Shown piece after piece: positions 42,686 to 49,899 of a DNA stretch of 49,899 bases. Position 1 is the first letter of the stretch. Every line of letters starts with the position of its first letter. The translations under genes and the position numbers were made by a program. Origin of the DNA: Kiloniellaceae bacterium (GTDB taxonomy: Bacteria; Pseudomonadota; Alphaproteobacteria; Kiloniellales; Kiloniellaceae); the NCBI GenBank assembly GCA_021776145.1, contig JAJFGM010000569.1, forward strand, positions 1 through 49,899, written 5' to 3'. Below the pieces are notes generated by a model that ran no database searches, was not told the DNA's origin, and saw nothing but the letters and a program-made list of their open reading frames with translations.

Positions 42686-43966
42686 ATGACCTGGCGTGAC
42701 GACTTCCGGCCGGCCTCCTGGCGCGGCGTGGCCTTCCACGTCGAGGCGCACGATAGGGGCAGCGGCCACAGCCAGGAGACCCATCTCTTCCCGCGCGCCG
42801 AGGCGTCCGAGTCCTCGCCGGAACGGCCCGACCACTACGTCGAGGACCTCGGCCGCGAGCCCGATCTCTACCAGGTCGAGGGCTACGTCGTCGGTGACGA
42901 CTACCTGACCGCCGCCGCCGAGCTCGACGCCGCCATGCGCCAGCCCGGTGCGGGCACCCTGGTGCATCCCTATCTGGGCGAGCTGACGGTCAAGCCATCG
43001 ACTTGGCGGCGGCGGGAAGATCGCCGCGAGGGCGGCCTGGCGCGCTTTACCCTGAACTTCACCGAGCCCGGCCGCGACAGCAATCCGGCGCCGCGCGTCG
43101 ATACCCAGGCCCAGGTCGACCTGGCGGCCGACCGGGCGGTCGTCTTGACCGAGGCACGCTTCGTAGAGACCTACGAGGTCGAGGGCCGGCCCGGCTTCCT
43201 GGCCGAGGCCGCCTGCGGCATTCTGCAAGAGGCTGCGGCGGCGGCCGACCGGGTCCTGCAAGCGTTGCCGCCCGGCGTCCAGGCGGCCGGTTCCGTGGCG
43301 CTCGACGTCGCCCTCTTCGCACTGGACGTGGCCCAGTCCGGCCCGGGCGCCCTGTTGCGCGATCCCGTGGCCCTGGCCGCCCGCACCAGCGGCGTGACCG
43401 CCGGCCTGGCGGGGCTGCCCACCACGGCCCAATCGGACGCGGCGGGGCTGACCACGCGTCTGCGCCAGGGAGACCTGGGGCCGTTGCGCAGCTTGACCGA
43501 ATTCGGCGGCCAGCTTGCGCCTGTGGCGGCGGTGACCGCGACACGCCTGCAGCAGGGCCTCAACCAGCAGGCCCTGGTCTCGCTGGTGCGCCAGGCCGCC
43601 ACCATCGGCCTGACGCGGTCCGCGCGCGACGTGCTGCCGGCCTCCTACGACGACGCCGTGCGCCTGCGCGACAGCCTCGACGGCCTGCTCGAGGCGCAAA
43701 TCACCGATGCCGGCGACCGCGGCGACGATGCCGCCTTCGAGGCGCTGTCGGAACTGCGCGGCCGCATGGTCGCCGACCTGACAACGCGCGCCGCCAACCT
43801 CGTGCGCATCGTGCCGCGGGTGTTGCGCCAGGCACAGCCGGCCCTGGTTCTTGCCTACGACCTTTACGAGGACGCCCTGCGCGATGCCGAACTGGCGGCG
43901 CGCAACGGCATTCGCCATCCCGGCTATCTGCCCGGCGGCCGCGACCTGGAGACCCTCGGCCGATGA
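42686..43966 (+). CDS. DNA circulation protein (Mu gp43-like)
   Basis: N-terminus WRDDFRPASWRGVAFHVEAHDRGSGHSQETHLFP...YVEDLGREPDLYQVEGYVVGDDY is the family signature. Confidence 0.85.
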   Translation: MTWRDDFRPASWRGVAFHVEAHDRGSGHSQETHLFPRAEASESSPERPDHYVEDLGREPDLYQVEGYVVGDDYLTAAAELDAAMRQPGAGTLVHPYLGELTVKPSTWRRREDRREGGLARFTLNFTEPGRDSNPAPRVDTQAQVDLAADRAVVLTEARFVETYEVEGRPGFLAEAACGILQEAAAAADRVLQALPPGVQAAGSVALDVALFALDVAQSGPGALLRDPVALAARTSGVTAGLAGLPTTAQSDAAGLTTRLRQGDLGPLRSLTEFGGQLAPVAAVTATRLQQGLNQQALVSLVRQAATIGLTRSARDVLPASYDDAVRLRDSLDGLLEAQITDAGDRGDDAAFEALSELRGRMVADLTTRAANLVRIVPRVLRQAQPALVLAYDLYEDALRDAELAARNGIRHPGYLPGGRDLETLGR

Positions 43967-44026
43967 GGTCGACAGCGGAGAGGTTCCGATGAGGAAGGGC
44001 GGCGGGAAAAAAATGAGTGAGCTCCG

Positions 44027-45124
44027 ATGACTGTCGAGCTTTTCGTCGGAGGGCGCATCTTCGAGGGCTGGGAGTCCATCGAGGTCAGCCGCGGCCTCGA
44101 TCGCTCGGCCGGCAGCTTCGCCCTGCGCGTGTCGGACCGGCCCTGGGGGATCCGCCCGGGCGCGCCCTGTTCGGTCGCGCTCGACGGCGAGAAGGTGCTG
44201 ACCGGCTACGTCGACACCGTGGCGCCGTCCTTCGATGCCAAGAGCCACAGCCTGGCGGTGAACGGCCGCAGCCGAGTCGCCGACCTGGTCGACAACTCCG
44301 CGGAGTTCGCCGGCGGCCAGTTCTCCGGCATGACGCTCGGCCAGATCGCGGCGGCGCTGGCCAAGCCCTTCGGCATAACCGTGCGCTCCGACCAGCCCGC
44401 CATAGCTTCAGGGGCGGGCGCGCCCTTCGAGACGGTGAAACTGAACCCGGGCGAGACCGTCTTCGAGGTCCTGGAAAAGCTGGCGCGCCATCTGTCGCTG
44501 GTCCTGACCGACAACGCCCAGGGCGACCTGGTCATCACCGCCGCCGCCCGCGCCCGCGCCGATACGGCGCTTGTGGAAAGCGCCGCCGCCGGCGGCAACA
44601 TCCTCGCCGCCCGCGGCCGCTTTTCGGTCTCCGGCCGGCACAGCAGCTATCGTGTCCTCGGCCAGCGCAAGGGCCTGGACAGCCTGACGGAAAAGCAGGC
44701 GGCCCAGGTCGAGGGCATCGCCCGCGATCCCGGCGTCGCCGAGCTCCGGCACCGGCCCCTGGTGCTGCAGAGCGCGACGCCCCTGACGCCCGGCCTGGCC
44801 GGCCGCCTGGCGCGCCACGAGGCGGCCGTGCGCTATGGCCGCGCCGCCGCCGTCGAGGTCACGCTCCGGGGTTGGCGCCAGGGGGCGAACGGCACGGCCG
44901 GGCGCCTGTGGGTGCCCAACGAGATCGCCCGCCTGGAGGCGCCGCGCCTGGCGCTGGCCCGCGACATGCTGATCGTTGCCGTCACCTATTCCATGGGCAA
45001 GGGCGGCATGCAAACGCACCTGAGCCTGGCCCGGCCGGAAGCCTACGACCCGGCGCCGCCGGCCGCGATCGATGCCGCCGGCGACCCCTGGGCCGCCTTG
45101 CGCAAGGACATTGCCGATGGCTAG
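44027..45124 (+). CDS. Baseplate hub protein (Mu gp44 / P2 gpD-like)
   Basis: 365 aa. VGGRIFEGWESIEVSRGLDRSAGSFAL...VLTGYVD fits the family pattern and gene order. Confidence 0.85.
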   Translation: MTVELFVGGRIFEGWESIEVSRGLDRSAGSFALRVSDRPWGIRPGAPCSVALDGEKVLTGYVDTVAPSFDAKSHSLAVNGRSRVADLVDNSAEFAGGQFSGMTLGQIAAALAKPFGITVRSDQPAIASGAGAPFETVKLNPGETVFEVLEKLARHLSLVLTDNAQGDLVITAAARARADTALVESAAAGGNILAARGRFSVSGRHSSYRVLGQRKGLDSLTEKQAAQVEGIARDPGVAELRHRPLVLQSATPLTPGLAGRLARHEAAVRYGRAAAVEVTLRGWRQGANGTAGRLWVPNEIARLEAPRLALARDMLIVAVTYSMGKGGMQTHLSLARPEAYDPAPPAAIDAAGDPWAALRKDIADG

Positions 45125-45767
45125 TGGGCCATCGGTCGTTGCCGCCCTGAAGGACCTCTGGCGCCGCGTCGCCATGCTCGTGGCCCGCGCCGTCATCACC
45201 CGGGTGTCCGACGCCGGCGGCCGCCAGGTCCTGCAGACCGAGATCCTCGCCGGCGAGGTGCGTGACGACTTCGAGCGCTTCGCCGAGACCGGCTTCTTTT
45301 CCGTGCCGCTGGCCGGCGCCGGCGCGGTGGTGCTGAGCATCGCCGGCGACCGCTCCCATGCCGTGGTGGTCGCCACCGACGACCGTCGTCACCGGCCGCG
45401 CGGCGGCGCGCCGGGCGACGCCGGGCTCTATCACCCGCTCGACGATCCGAGCAAGTCGGCCGAAGAGTCCCTGCACCGCTGGACGCTGACCGACCGGGGC
45501 GGCGTGCGTACGGCGATCGGGCGATTCGATCGCCTCGACATCAAATGCGGCTCTTCGAGCCTGCTGGTCGAGGATGGCCGCATCCGCCTGGAAGCCGACG
45601 TTATCGAGACCCACGCGCGCGAAAAGATCAAGTGGGACGTCAACGGTTACGGCGAGGACTGGATCTATGTCGATGGCGCGGACCAGTATCACGAGGATAC
45701 CTACAAGATCGATCCTATCCGCGTCGTCGCAGGCGGCGCCTTCAACGTCAACGACCCGGAACATTAG
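45117..45767 (+). CDS. Baseplate spike/assembly protein V (Mu gp45-like)
   Basis: 216 aa. ITRVSDAGGRQVLQTEILAGEVRDDFERFAETGFFSVP is the gpV/gp45 N-terminal OB-fold pattern. Confidence 0.8.
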   Translation: MASGPSVVAALKDLWRRVAMLVARAVITRVSDAGGRQVLQTEILAGEVRDDFERFAETGFFSVPLAGAGAVVLSIAGDRSHAVVVATDDRRHRPRGGAPGDAGLYHPLDDPSKSAEESLHRWTLTDRGGVRTAIGRFDRLDIKCGSSSLLVEDGRIRLEADVIETHAREKIKWDVNGYGEDWIYVDGADQYHEDTYKIDPIRVVAGGAFNVNDPEH

Positions 45768-45970
45768 GTGGTGTCTCAACTTGAAGCCGAATGCCCGAGA
45801 TCGGCCAAGAACGGCCAGTCGATTCGACTACCTGGGGGCCCGGTTTGGATCAGTGAGCGGACGATCAACAGGCCTGGAGCTGAGGCTCACTCGTGACCCT
45901 GAGCGGCCCTTCGCACCCGCCTCGTGAGTGTCCGCATTCAAGCCGAAGCGGACGTCGGTCCCCGAGTCAG

Positions 45971-46858
45971 TTATGAATGAGACTGAGGTCTGTCGTATAG
46001 CCATCGTCGATATTTTTCGAGACCAGGAAGCGCCTCTCGTAAATGTCTGGAGGGTCTTTCAGCTCGCACCAAGCTAACTAACGTTGGCACCGACATCGTT
46101 GCAACTGCCTGTCCAGCGTCGGCGCCCTGTGCTCGTTGGAGATGGTGAAACGTTGCCTTCGTCATGAATTCTGAGGAACTGGCCTTCAGCTCGCCGATTA
46201 GCCGATAGGTGAACTGATAGACAAGATTCCCATATTCGATCACCTCTTCGGCGGACGGAATGTATCCCTTGTGAATTACGTCATTTCTGAACGCACTCCA
46301 AGTCGGTGTATCTCCCCGGCTACGGCCATCCAACTCGGGTCTTGCCTCAAGAATTAGGGGCTCAAGCGGCTTTTTGTTTTCAACAAGGTAGAAAAACAGG
46401 AAGGCGCCAATTTGTCGTTCAGATTGCTTAGAAATCGGGGCCCACGCTTCGCTGAACTGCTCGTAGGTGATTCCATGCTTGAGCGAGACGACGAGAATGT
46501 AATACTCGAAGAAACGTTCAAGCGATGCGGCGGTGCTTGAGACTGCCTCCCGTGTATAGCCGTCGAGCAAAGCCATTGCACCCAAATCAAATAGAATCTC
46601 AAATTTCTGCTCTTGGATGGCCGTGACGGTAACGTGACCCCGAGAGCACGTGACCTCGTATAGACCGTCATCACGCAATTCGACCGAATTTGCCAACTCG
46701 GGCGGCTGTCCATCCACTTCAAGGCACTTCATGCAGGAGGTGCGCAGTCGCATTGTGTCCTTCCGTGCAACTTCTTCTCTTCGTGGCCGGCATTGACCGA
46801 GTTTTTTGACGCGCCGGTCTCCTCGAATGAACGACACGCCGTCAACCTCGATTTTCAT
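45971..46858 (-). CDS. Zinc-ribbon plus HEPN-motif protein; low-GC cargo gene between gp45 and gp46
   Basis: 295 aa. An alternative start at 46753 gives 260 aa; both starts have RBS-like purine runs. N-terminal CMKC...CSRGH. C-terminal WSAFRNDVIHKGYIP contains an R-N-x3-H (Rx4H) HEPN-type motif. Opposite strand to the late operon. Confidence 0.55.
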   Translation of the reverse strand: MKIEVDGVSFIRGDRRVKKLGQCRPRREEVARKDTMRLRTSCMKCLEVDGQPPELANSVELRDDGLYEVTCSRGHVTVTAIQEQKFEILFDLGAMALLDGYTREAVSSTAASLERFFEYYILVVSLKHGITYEQFSEAWAPISKQSERQIGAFLFFYLVENKKPLEPLILEARPELDGRSRGDTPTWSAFRNDVIHKGYIPSAEEVIEYGNLVYQFTYRLIGELKASSSEFMTKATFHHLQRAQGADAGQAVATMSVPTLVSLVRAERPSRHLREALPGLEKYRRWLYDRPQSHS

Positions 46859-47167
46859 ATATCACACCTTGCATGTCGGCTCCAGGTCAAGGCCGAGCTC
46901 CCACCGCAGAGGCTCTTAATTTCCGATTTGATCGGAAAACGGAAGCGCGCGTAAGGGGCCGGAAGTCTCCTCCTGGCTAGTTTCGCCCGTCCCGGCCGCC
47001 GGTAGATCACGCCCATACTACCCCTAACAGCGGACGACCGGTCTGGGATCCAAAGCTTACGGTCAGTGCCCGACCATGAATGGCCGAGTTGGGTCGATTG
47101 CGGCCCGCTAACTTCAAACTGTGACACTGCTGAATATCAACCTCGCGAACGCCGTTCGCGCGCCCGG

Positions 47168-47195
47168 CGCCGGTCCTTCAAGGGCCGGCGTTTTT
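47168..47195 (+). terminator. Canonical intrinsic terminator 18 nt upstream of the gp46 start codon
   Basis: 9-bp stem cgccggtcc/gggccggcg (one G-U pair), 5-nt loop ttcaa, then ttttt. Preceded by the palindrome cgcgaacgccgttcgcg (47144-47160). Confidence 0.6.
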
Positions 47196-47212
47196 CTTTG
47201 GAGACAGAACTC

Positions 47213-47695
47213 ATGCCCGATTTGCAAGTCACGGCCGCCGCCGCCGATTTCATCGACCTGGCGCTCGCCGGCGGCCGCCTGCAGGAAGGCGAGGCGCTGC
47301 AATCGGCCGTCGTTCTCTCGATCTTCTCCGACGCCCGCGCCCGCGCCGACGACCCCTTGCCGCACCGGGCGCTCTCTCGCCGTGGCTGGTGGGGCGACAG
47401 CCTGGCGCCGCAAAGCGGTGACCGTTTCGGCTCGCGGCTGTGGCTGCTGGCCAACGAGAAGCAGACGGCCGAAACCTTGAACCGTGCCCGGCAATACGCC
47501 GAAGAGGCGCTGGCCTGGCTGAAAGAGGACCGCATCGCCGCCTCGGTCACCGTGCGGGCCCGCTGGGTTCGGCCCAACCAAAAAGACAGTGGAGTTCTGG
47601 GCTTGGAAATCGACATCCTCCGCCCCGCCGGCGCCCTGGTCGCGCTGCGCTACGACTATGCCTGGGCCGAAAGAGCATCGAGGGAGTCCGCCTGA
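47213..47695 (+). CDS. Baseplate protein (Mu gp46-like)
   Basis: 160 aa. DLALAGGRLQEGEALQSAVVLSIFSDARA...RRGWWGD...GSRLWLL...KQTAETLNRARQYAEEALAWL is the GP46 family signature. GGAGA RBS. Confidence 0.8.
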   Translation: MPDLQVTAAAADFIDLALAGGRLQEGEALQSAVVLSIFSDARARADDPLPHRALSRRGWWGDSLAPQSGDRFGSRLWLLANEKQTAETLNRARQYAEEALAWLKEDRIAASVTVRARWVRPNQKDSGVLGLEIDILRPAGALVALRYDYAWAERASRESA

Positions 47696-48774
47696 TGGCT
47701 TTTACCCGTCCGACCGTCACGGTCTTGCGCGACCGCATCGCCACCGACATCAACGCCCGGCTGCCAGGCGCCGACTCGCGCCTGCGCCGCTCCGCCCTGG
47801 AGGTGCTGAGCGTGGCCCTCGCCGGCGTGGTTCACGGCCTCTACGGCTACCTCGACTGGCTGGCGCGCCAGGTCATGGTCGATAGCGCCGAGACTGAACA
47901 CCTGGACCGCCACGCGACGGTCTGGGGCGTGCTGCGCAAGGCGGCGGCGCGGGCCGCCGGCACGGCCACCGCCACGGGCAACGACGGCGTCGAGGTCCCC
48001 GCCGGCACCCTGCTGCAGGCCGGCGAGACCCAGTATCTGACGACCGCCGCCGCCGTGGTCGCGGCCGGCAGCGCCAGCCTGCCGATCGAGGCCGTCGACC
48101 CCGGCGCTGGCGGCAATGCCGCCGCGGGCGTTCTGCTGCTCTACGCCACCCCGGTCGCCGGCATCGACGGCTCGGCCACCGTCGTCCTGCTCGAGGGCGG
48201 CGCCGATGCCGAGATCGACGGCGACCTGCGCCAGCGCGTGCTCGACCGCATCCGCCAGCCGCCGCACGGCGGTGCCGCCCACGACTATGTCGCCTGGGCG
48301 CTCGAGGTGCCGGGGGTCACGCGGGCCTGGCTCACCGCCGGCGAGATGGGTTTGGGCACGATAACCCTGCGCTTCCTGATGGACGACCTCCGGGTCGACG
48401 GCATTCCGCTCGGCGATGCCAGGCCCTTGCTCCCGACGCTGGATATCAAGGTCATGCAGGACTATATCGACGCCGTCGACCGCCGCCCGGTGACGGCCGA
48501 CGTCTTCGCGGCGGCGCCCGAACCGGTCGCCCTCGACGTCACCGTCGACAACTTGCAGCCCAACACGGCGGAGGTCCAGGCCGCCGTGACCGCCGAGATC
48601 GCCGACATGATCAAGCGGGTGGCCGCGCCCGGCGCCACCATCCCGTTGTCGAAGATCTGGGAGGCCGTCTCCATCGCTTCCGGCGAGGCCAGCCACACGA
48701 TCACCGCGCCGGCCGCCGACGTGACCCACACGGCCGGCCAGATGGCGATCCCCGGCTCGGTCACCTTTACCTGA
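47695..48774 (+). CDS. Baseplate J-like protein (Mu gp47-like)
   Basis: 359 aa. TGATG overlap with gp46. Pattern TVLRDRIATDINARLPG...LSVALAGVVHGLYGYLDWLARQ and IRQPPHGGAAHDYVAWALEVPGVTRAW. Confidence 0.88.
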   Translation: MAFTRPTVTVLRDRIATDINARLPGADSRLRRSALEVLSVALAGVVHGLYGYLDWLARQVMVDSAETEHLDRHATVWGVLRKAAARAAGTATATGNDGVEVPAGTLLQAGETQYLTTAAAVVAAGSASLPIEAVDPGAGGNAAAGVLLLYATPVAGIDGSATVVLLEGGADAEIDGDLRQRVLDRIRQPPHGGAAHDYVAWALEVPGVTRAWLTAGEMGLGTITLRFLMDDLRVDGIPLGDARPLLPTLDIKVMQDYIDAVDRRPVTADVFAAAPEPVALDVTVDNLQPNTAEVQAAVTAEIADMIKRVAAPGATIPLSKIWEAVSIASGEASHTITAPAADVTHTAGQMAIPGSVTFT

Positions 48775-48784
48775 GGACACGCGC

Positions 48785-49099
48785 ATGAAAACGCTGATCA
48801 CCGCCGCCGCCTTTCTGGCGGCTTTTTTGTGGGCGCTCCTGTCGATTGTTGGGGCGGCAGCGGCGCGGCCCGCGTGCAACCCGCGCAACCAGGTGCTCGA
48901 TCAACTTGCCGATCGTTACAAGGAGGCCCCCGTCGCCGCCGGAGTCACGAACCAGGGCGCGCTGGTCGAGGTTCTGGCCACCGGCGACGGCAAGACCTGG
49001 ACCATCATCGTAACCACGCCACAAGGCCAGAGCTGCATCGTCGCGGCCGGCGAGGGCTGGCGCCAGGTCGCGCCAAAGCGGGACGGGGAGGGGGCCTGA
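48785..49099 (+). CDS. Secreted hypothetical protein (signal peptide)
   Basis: 104 aa. MKTLITAAAFLAAFLWALLSIVGAAAA looks like a signal peptide. Confidence 0.55.
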   Translation: MKTLITAAAFLAAFLWALLSIVGAAAARPACNPRNQVLDQLADRYKEAPVAAGVTNQGALVEVLATGDGKTWTIIVTTPQGQSCIVAAGEGWRQVAPKRDGEGA

Positions 49100-49401
49100 T
49101 GGAGGGTGACAACGACCTTTACCTCATGCTCGGCCAGCTCAAGGCCGAGAACATAGAGGCAAAGCGGCAGCGCGAGCTGCTTTTCGAGAAGATTTCCGAG
49201 GTCAAAAAGGACACCGGCGGACTGCCGCAGCTCCGCCAGGACGTCGAGACCATGAAGCCCGTTGTCGACGACTACCAGAAGCTCCGGCAACGCGGTATCG
49301 GCGTGATCGCGACAGTCGGACTCCTCTCCGCCGGCGGCGGCGTCGCCTTGTCGCGGCTTTGGGAAAAGATCTCGTCTCTCTTCCCCTCATCCCTCAACTA
49401 A
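49099..49401 (+). CDS. Coiled-coil protein with C-terminal TM helix (possible holin/lysis accessory)
   Basis: 100 aa. TGATG overlap with the preceding gene. C-terminal GIGVIATVGLLSAGGGVAL. Lies upstream of a transglycosylase-like gene. Confidence 0.45.
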   Translation: MEGDNDLYLMLGQLKAENIEAKRQRELLFEKISEVKKDTGGLPQLRQDVETMKPVVDDYQKLRQRGIGVIATVGLLSAGGGVALSRLWEKISSLFPSSLN

Positions 49402-49478
49402 GGAGACCGACCTTGCCGGGCAATCTGATAGACGAATCCAAACCGGAAACAGCCAAGGCGATCAAGAGATTGCCGGCG

Positions 49479-49504
49479 CCCGCCTTCGCCGCGGCTTCGG
49501 CGGG
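49479..49504. repeat. REP-like hairpin copy 4 (inverted orientation)
   Basis: cccgccttcgccgcggcttcggcggg is closely related to 7363-7388. Confidence 0.65.
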
Positions 49505-49525
49505 CAGGCCCGGTGGTAACGCGAA

Positions 49526-49899
49526 ATGACAGATCCGGCGCAATGGCGGCTGCATTGCGTGCGGCCGACCCTGGAATTCATGGGGCTGTGGTCGCAGGCG
49601 GCGGAAAACCTGCTTATGGGGACCGCACTGGTCGAATCGGGCCTGACCTATCTGGTACAGCACGGCGGCGGCCCGGCGCGCGGCTTCTACCAGATCGAGC
49701 CGGCGACCCTGGCTGACCTCTATACCCACTATCTGCCCCGTCACGAGGGCCGCCGGGCCAGCCTGGCGGCGCTGCGCGCCGACGCGCCCTGGCGCGACGA
49801 ACAGCTCACGCACAACGGCGCCTTTTCGACGGCCGTCGCGCGGCTGATCTATTGGCGCCGGCCGGAACCCTTGCCGCCGGCCGAGGATATCGAGGGCCT
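49526..49899 (+). CDS. Putative lytic transglycosylase-like endolysin (3'-truncated by window edge)
   Basis: This frame is not in the ORF track because it runs off the window. My translation is MTDPAQWRLHCVRPTLEFMGLWSQAAENLLMGTALVESGLTYLVQHGGGPARGFYQIEPATL..., which resembles the SLT E-S...G(L/F)(M/Y)QI.P motif order. Confidence 0.45.
   Translation, partial: MTDPAQWRLHCVRPTLEFMGLWSQAAENLLMGTALVESGLTYLVQHGGGPARGFYQIEPATLADLYTHYLPRHEGRRASLAALRADAPWRDEQLTHNGAFSTAVARLIYWRRPEPLPPAEDIEG

Larger units (their letters stand above)
3521..49899. mobile_element. Integrated temperate phage (prophage) at tRNA-Lys; right end beyond the window
   Basis: Integrase and excisionase lie next to the tRNA 3' end. 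A complete immunity, replication, packaging, head, tail and baseplate gene series follows and is still running at nt 49899. No second copy of the tRNA 3' end (attR) was seen in the window. Confidence 0.9.

Noticed and set aside
3521-49899. attR, or a second copy of the tRNA-Lys 3' end, within the window.
   Set aside because: I found no repeat of ggttcgaatcctgtcgggctcacca downstream. Phage lysis genes are still running at the right edge, so attR must lie outside the window.

Overview
The window is high-GC and looks alphaproteobacterial. The left 3.5 kb is chromosomal backbone: gyrA (5'-truncated), coaD and tRNA-Lys(UUU). From the 3' end of the tRNA to the right edge (about 46 kb, attR not in the window) lies one integrated temperate phage. 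It has a tyrosine integrase/excisionase arm and a CI-like/Cro-like divergent switch. The replication module has a GapR-like protein, an AAA+ ATPase and an HTH/DnaA_N-like initiator with internal palindromic iterons. The head module is lambda-type: Nu1-like and GpA-like terminase, gpW, portal, S49 protease, scaffold, gpD-like and gpE-like proteins. The contractile tail and baseplate are Mu/P2-type: sheath, tube, chaperone with -1 frameshift, tape measure, gp43-47 analogues and a displaced gp48 analogue. The start of a lysis cassette follows. The phage backbone is interrupted at six module junctions by visibly lower-GC cargo blocks. (i) An Abi-alpha/DUF4393-like gene sits at attL. (ii) A small orphan sits beside the immunity region. 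(iii) A 5.4 kb block carries two convergent giant pentapeptide-repeat proteins, each fused to the same degenerate channel-like membrane module, plus a TM protein; this is my top candidate for an undescribed system. (iv) A second DUF4393-like gene lies between terL and gpW. (v) A DUF3800 gene lies between the tail chaperone and the tape measure, flanked by a duplicated copy of the chaperone frameshift segment. (vi) A zinc-ribbon + HEPN-motif gene lies between baseplate gp45 and gp46. Other observations are an in-frame amber codon that splits the head protease next to its catalytic-Ser motif, a REP-like hairpin family (4 copies), a 16-bp tandem repeat after gyrA, and an orphan intrinsic terminator immediately upstream of gp46. 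All family assignments come from motif recognition by eye, with no searches run.
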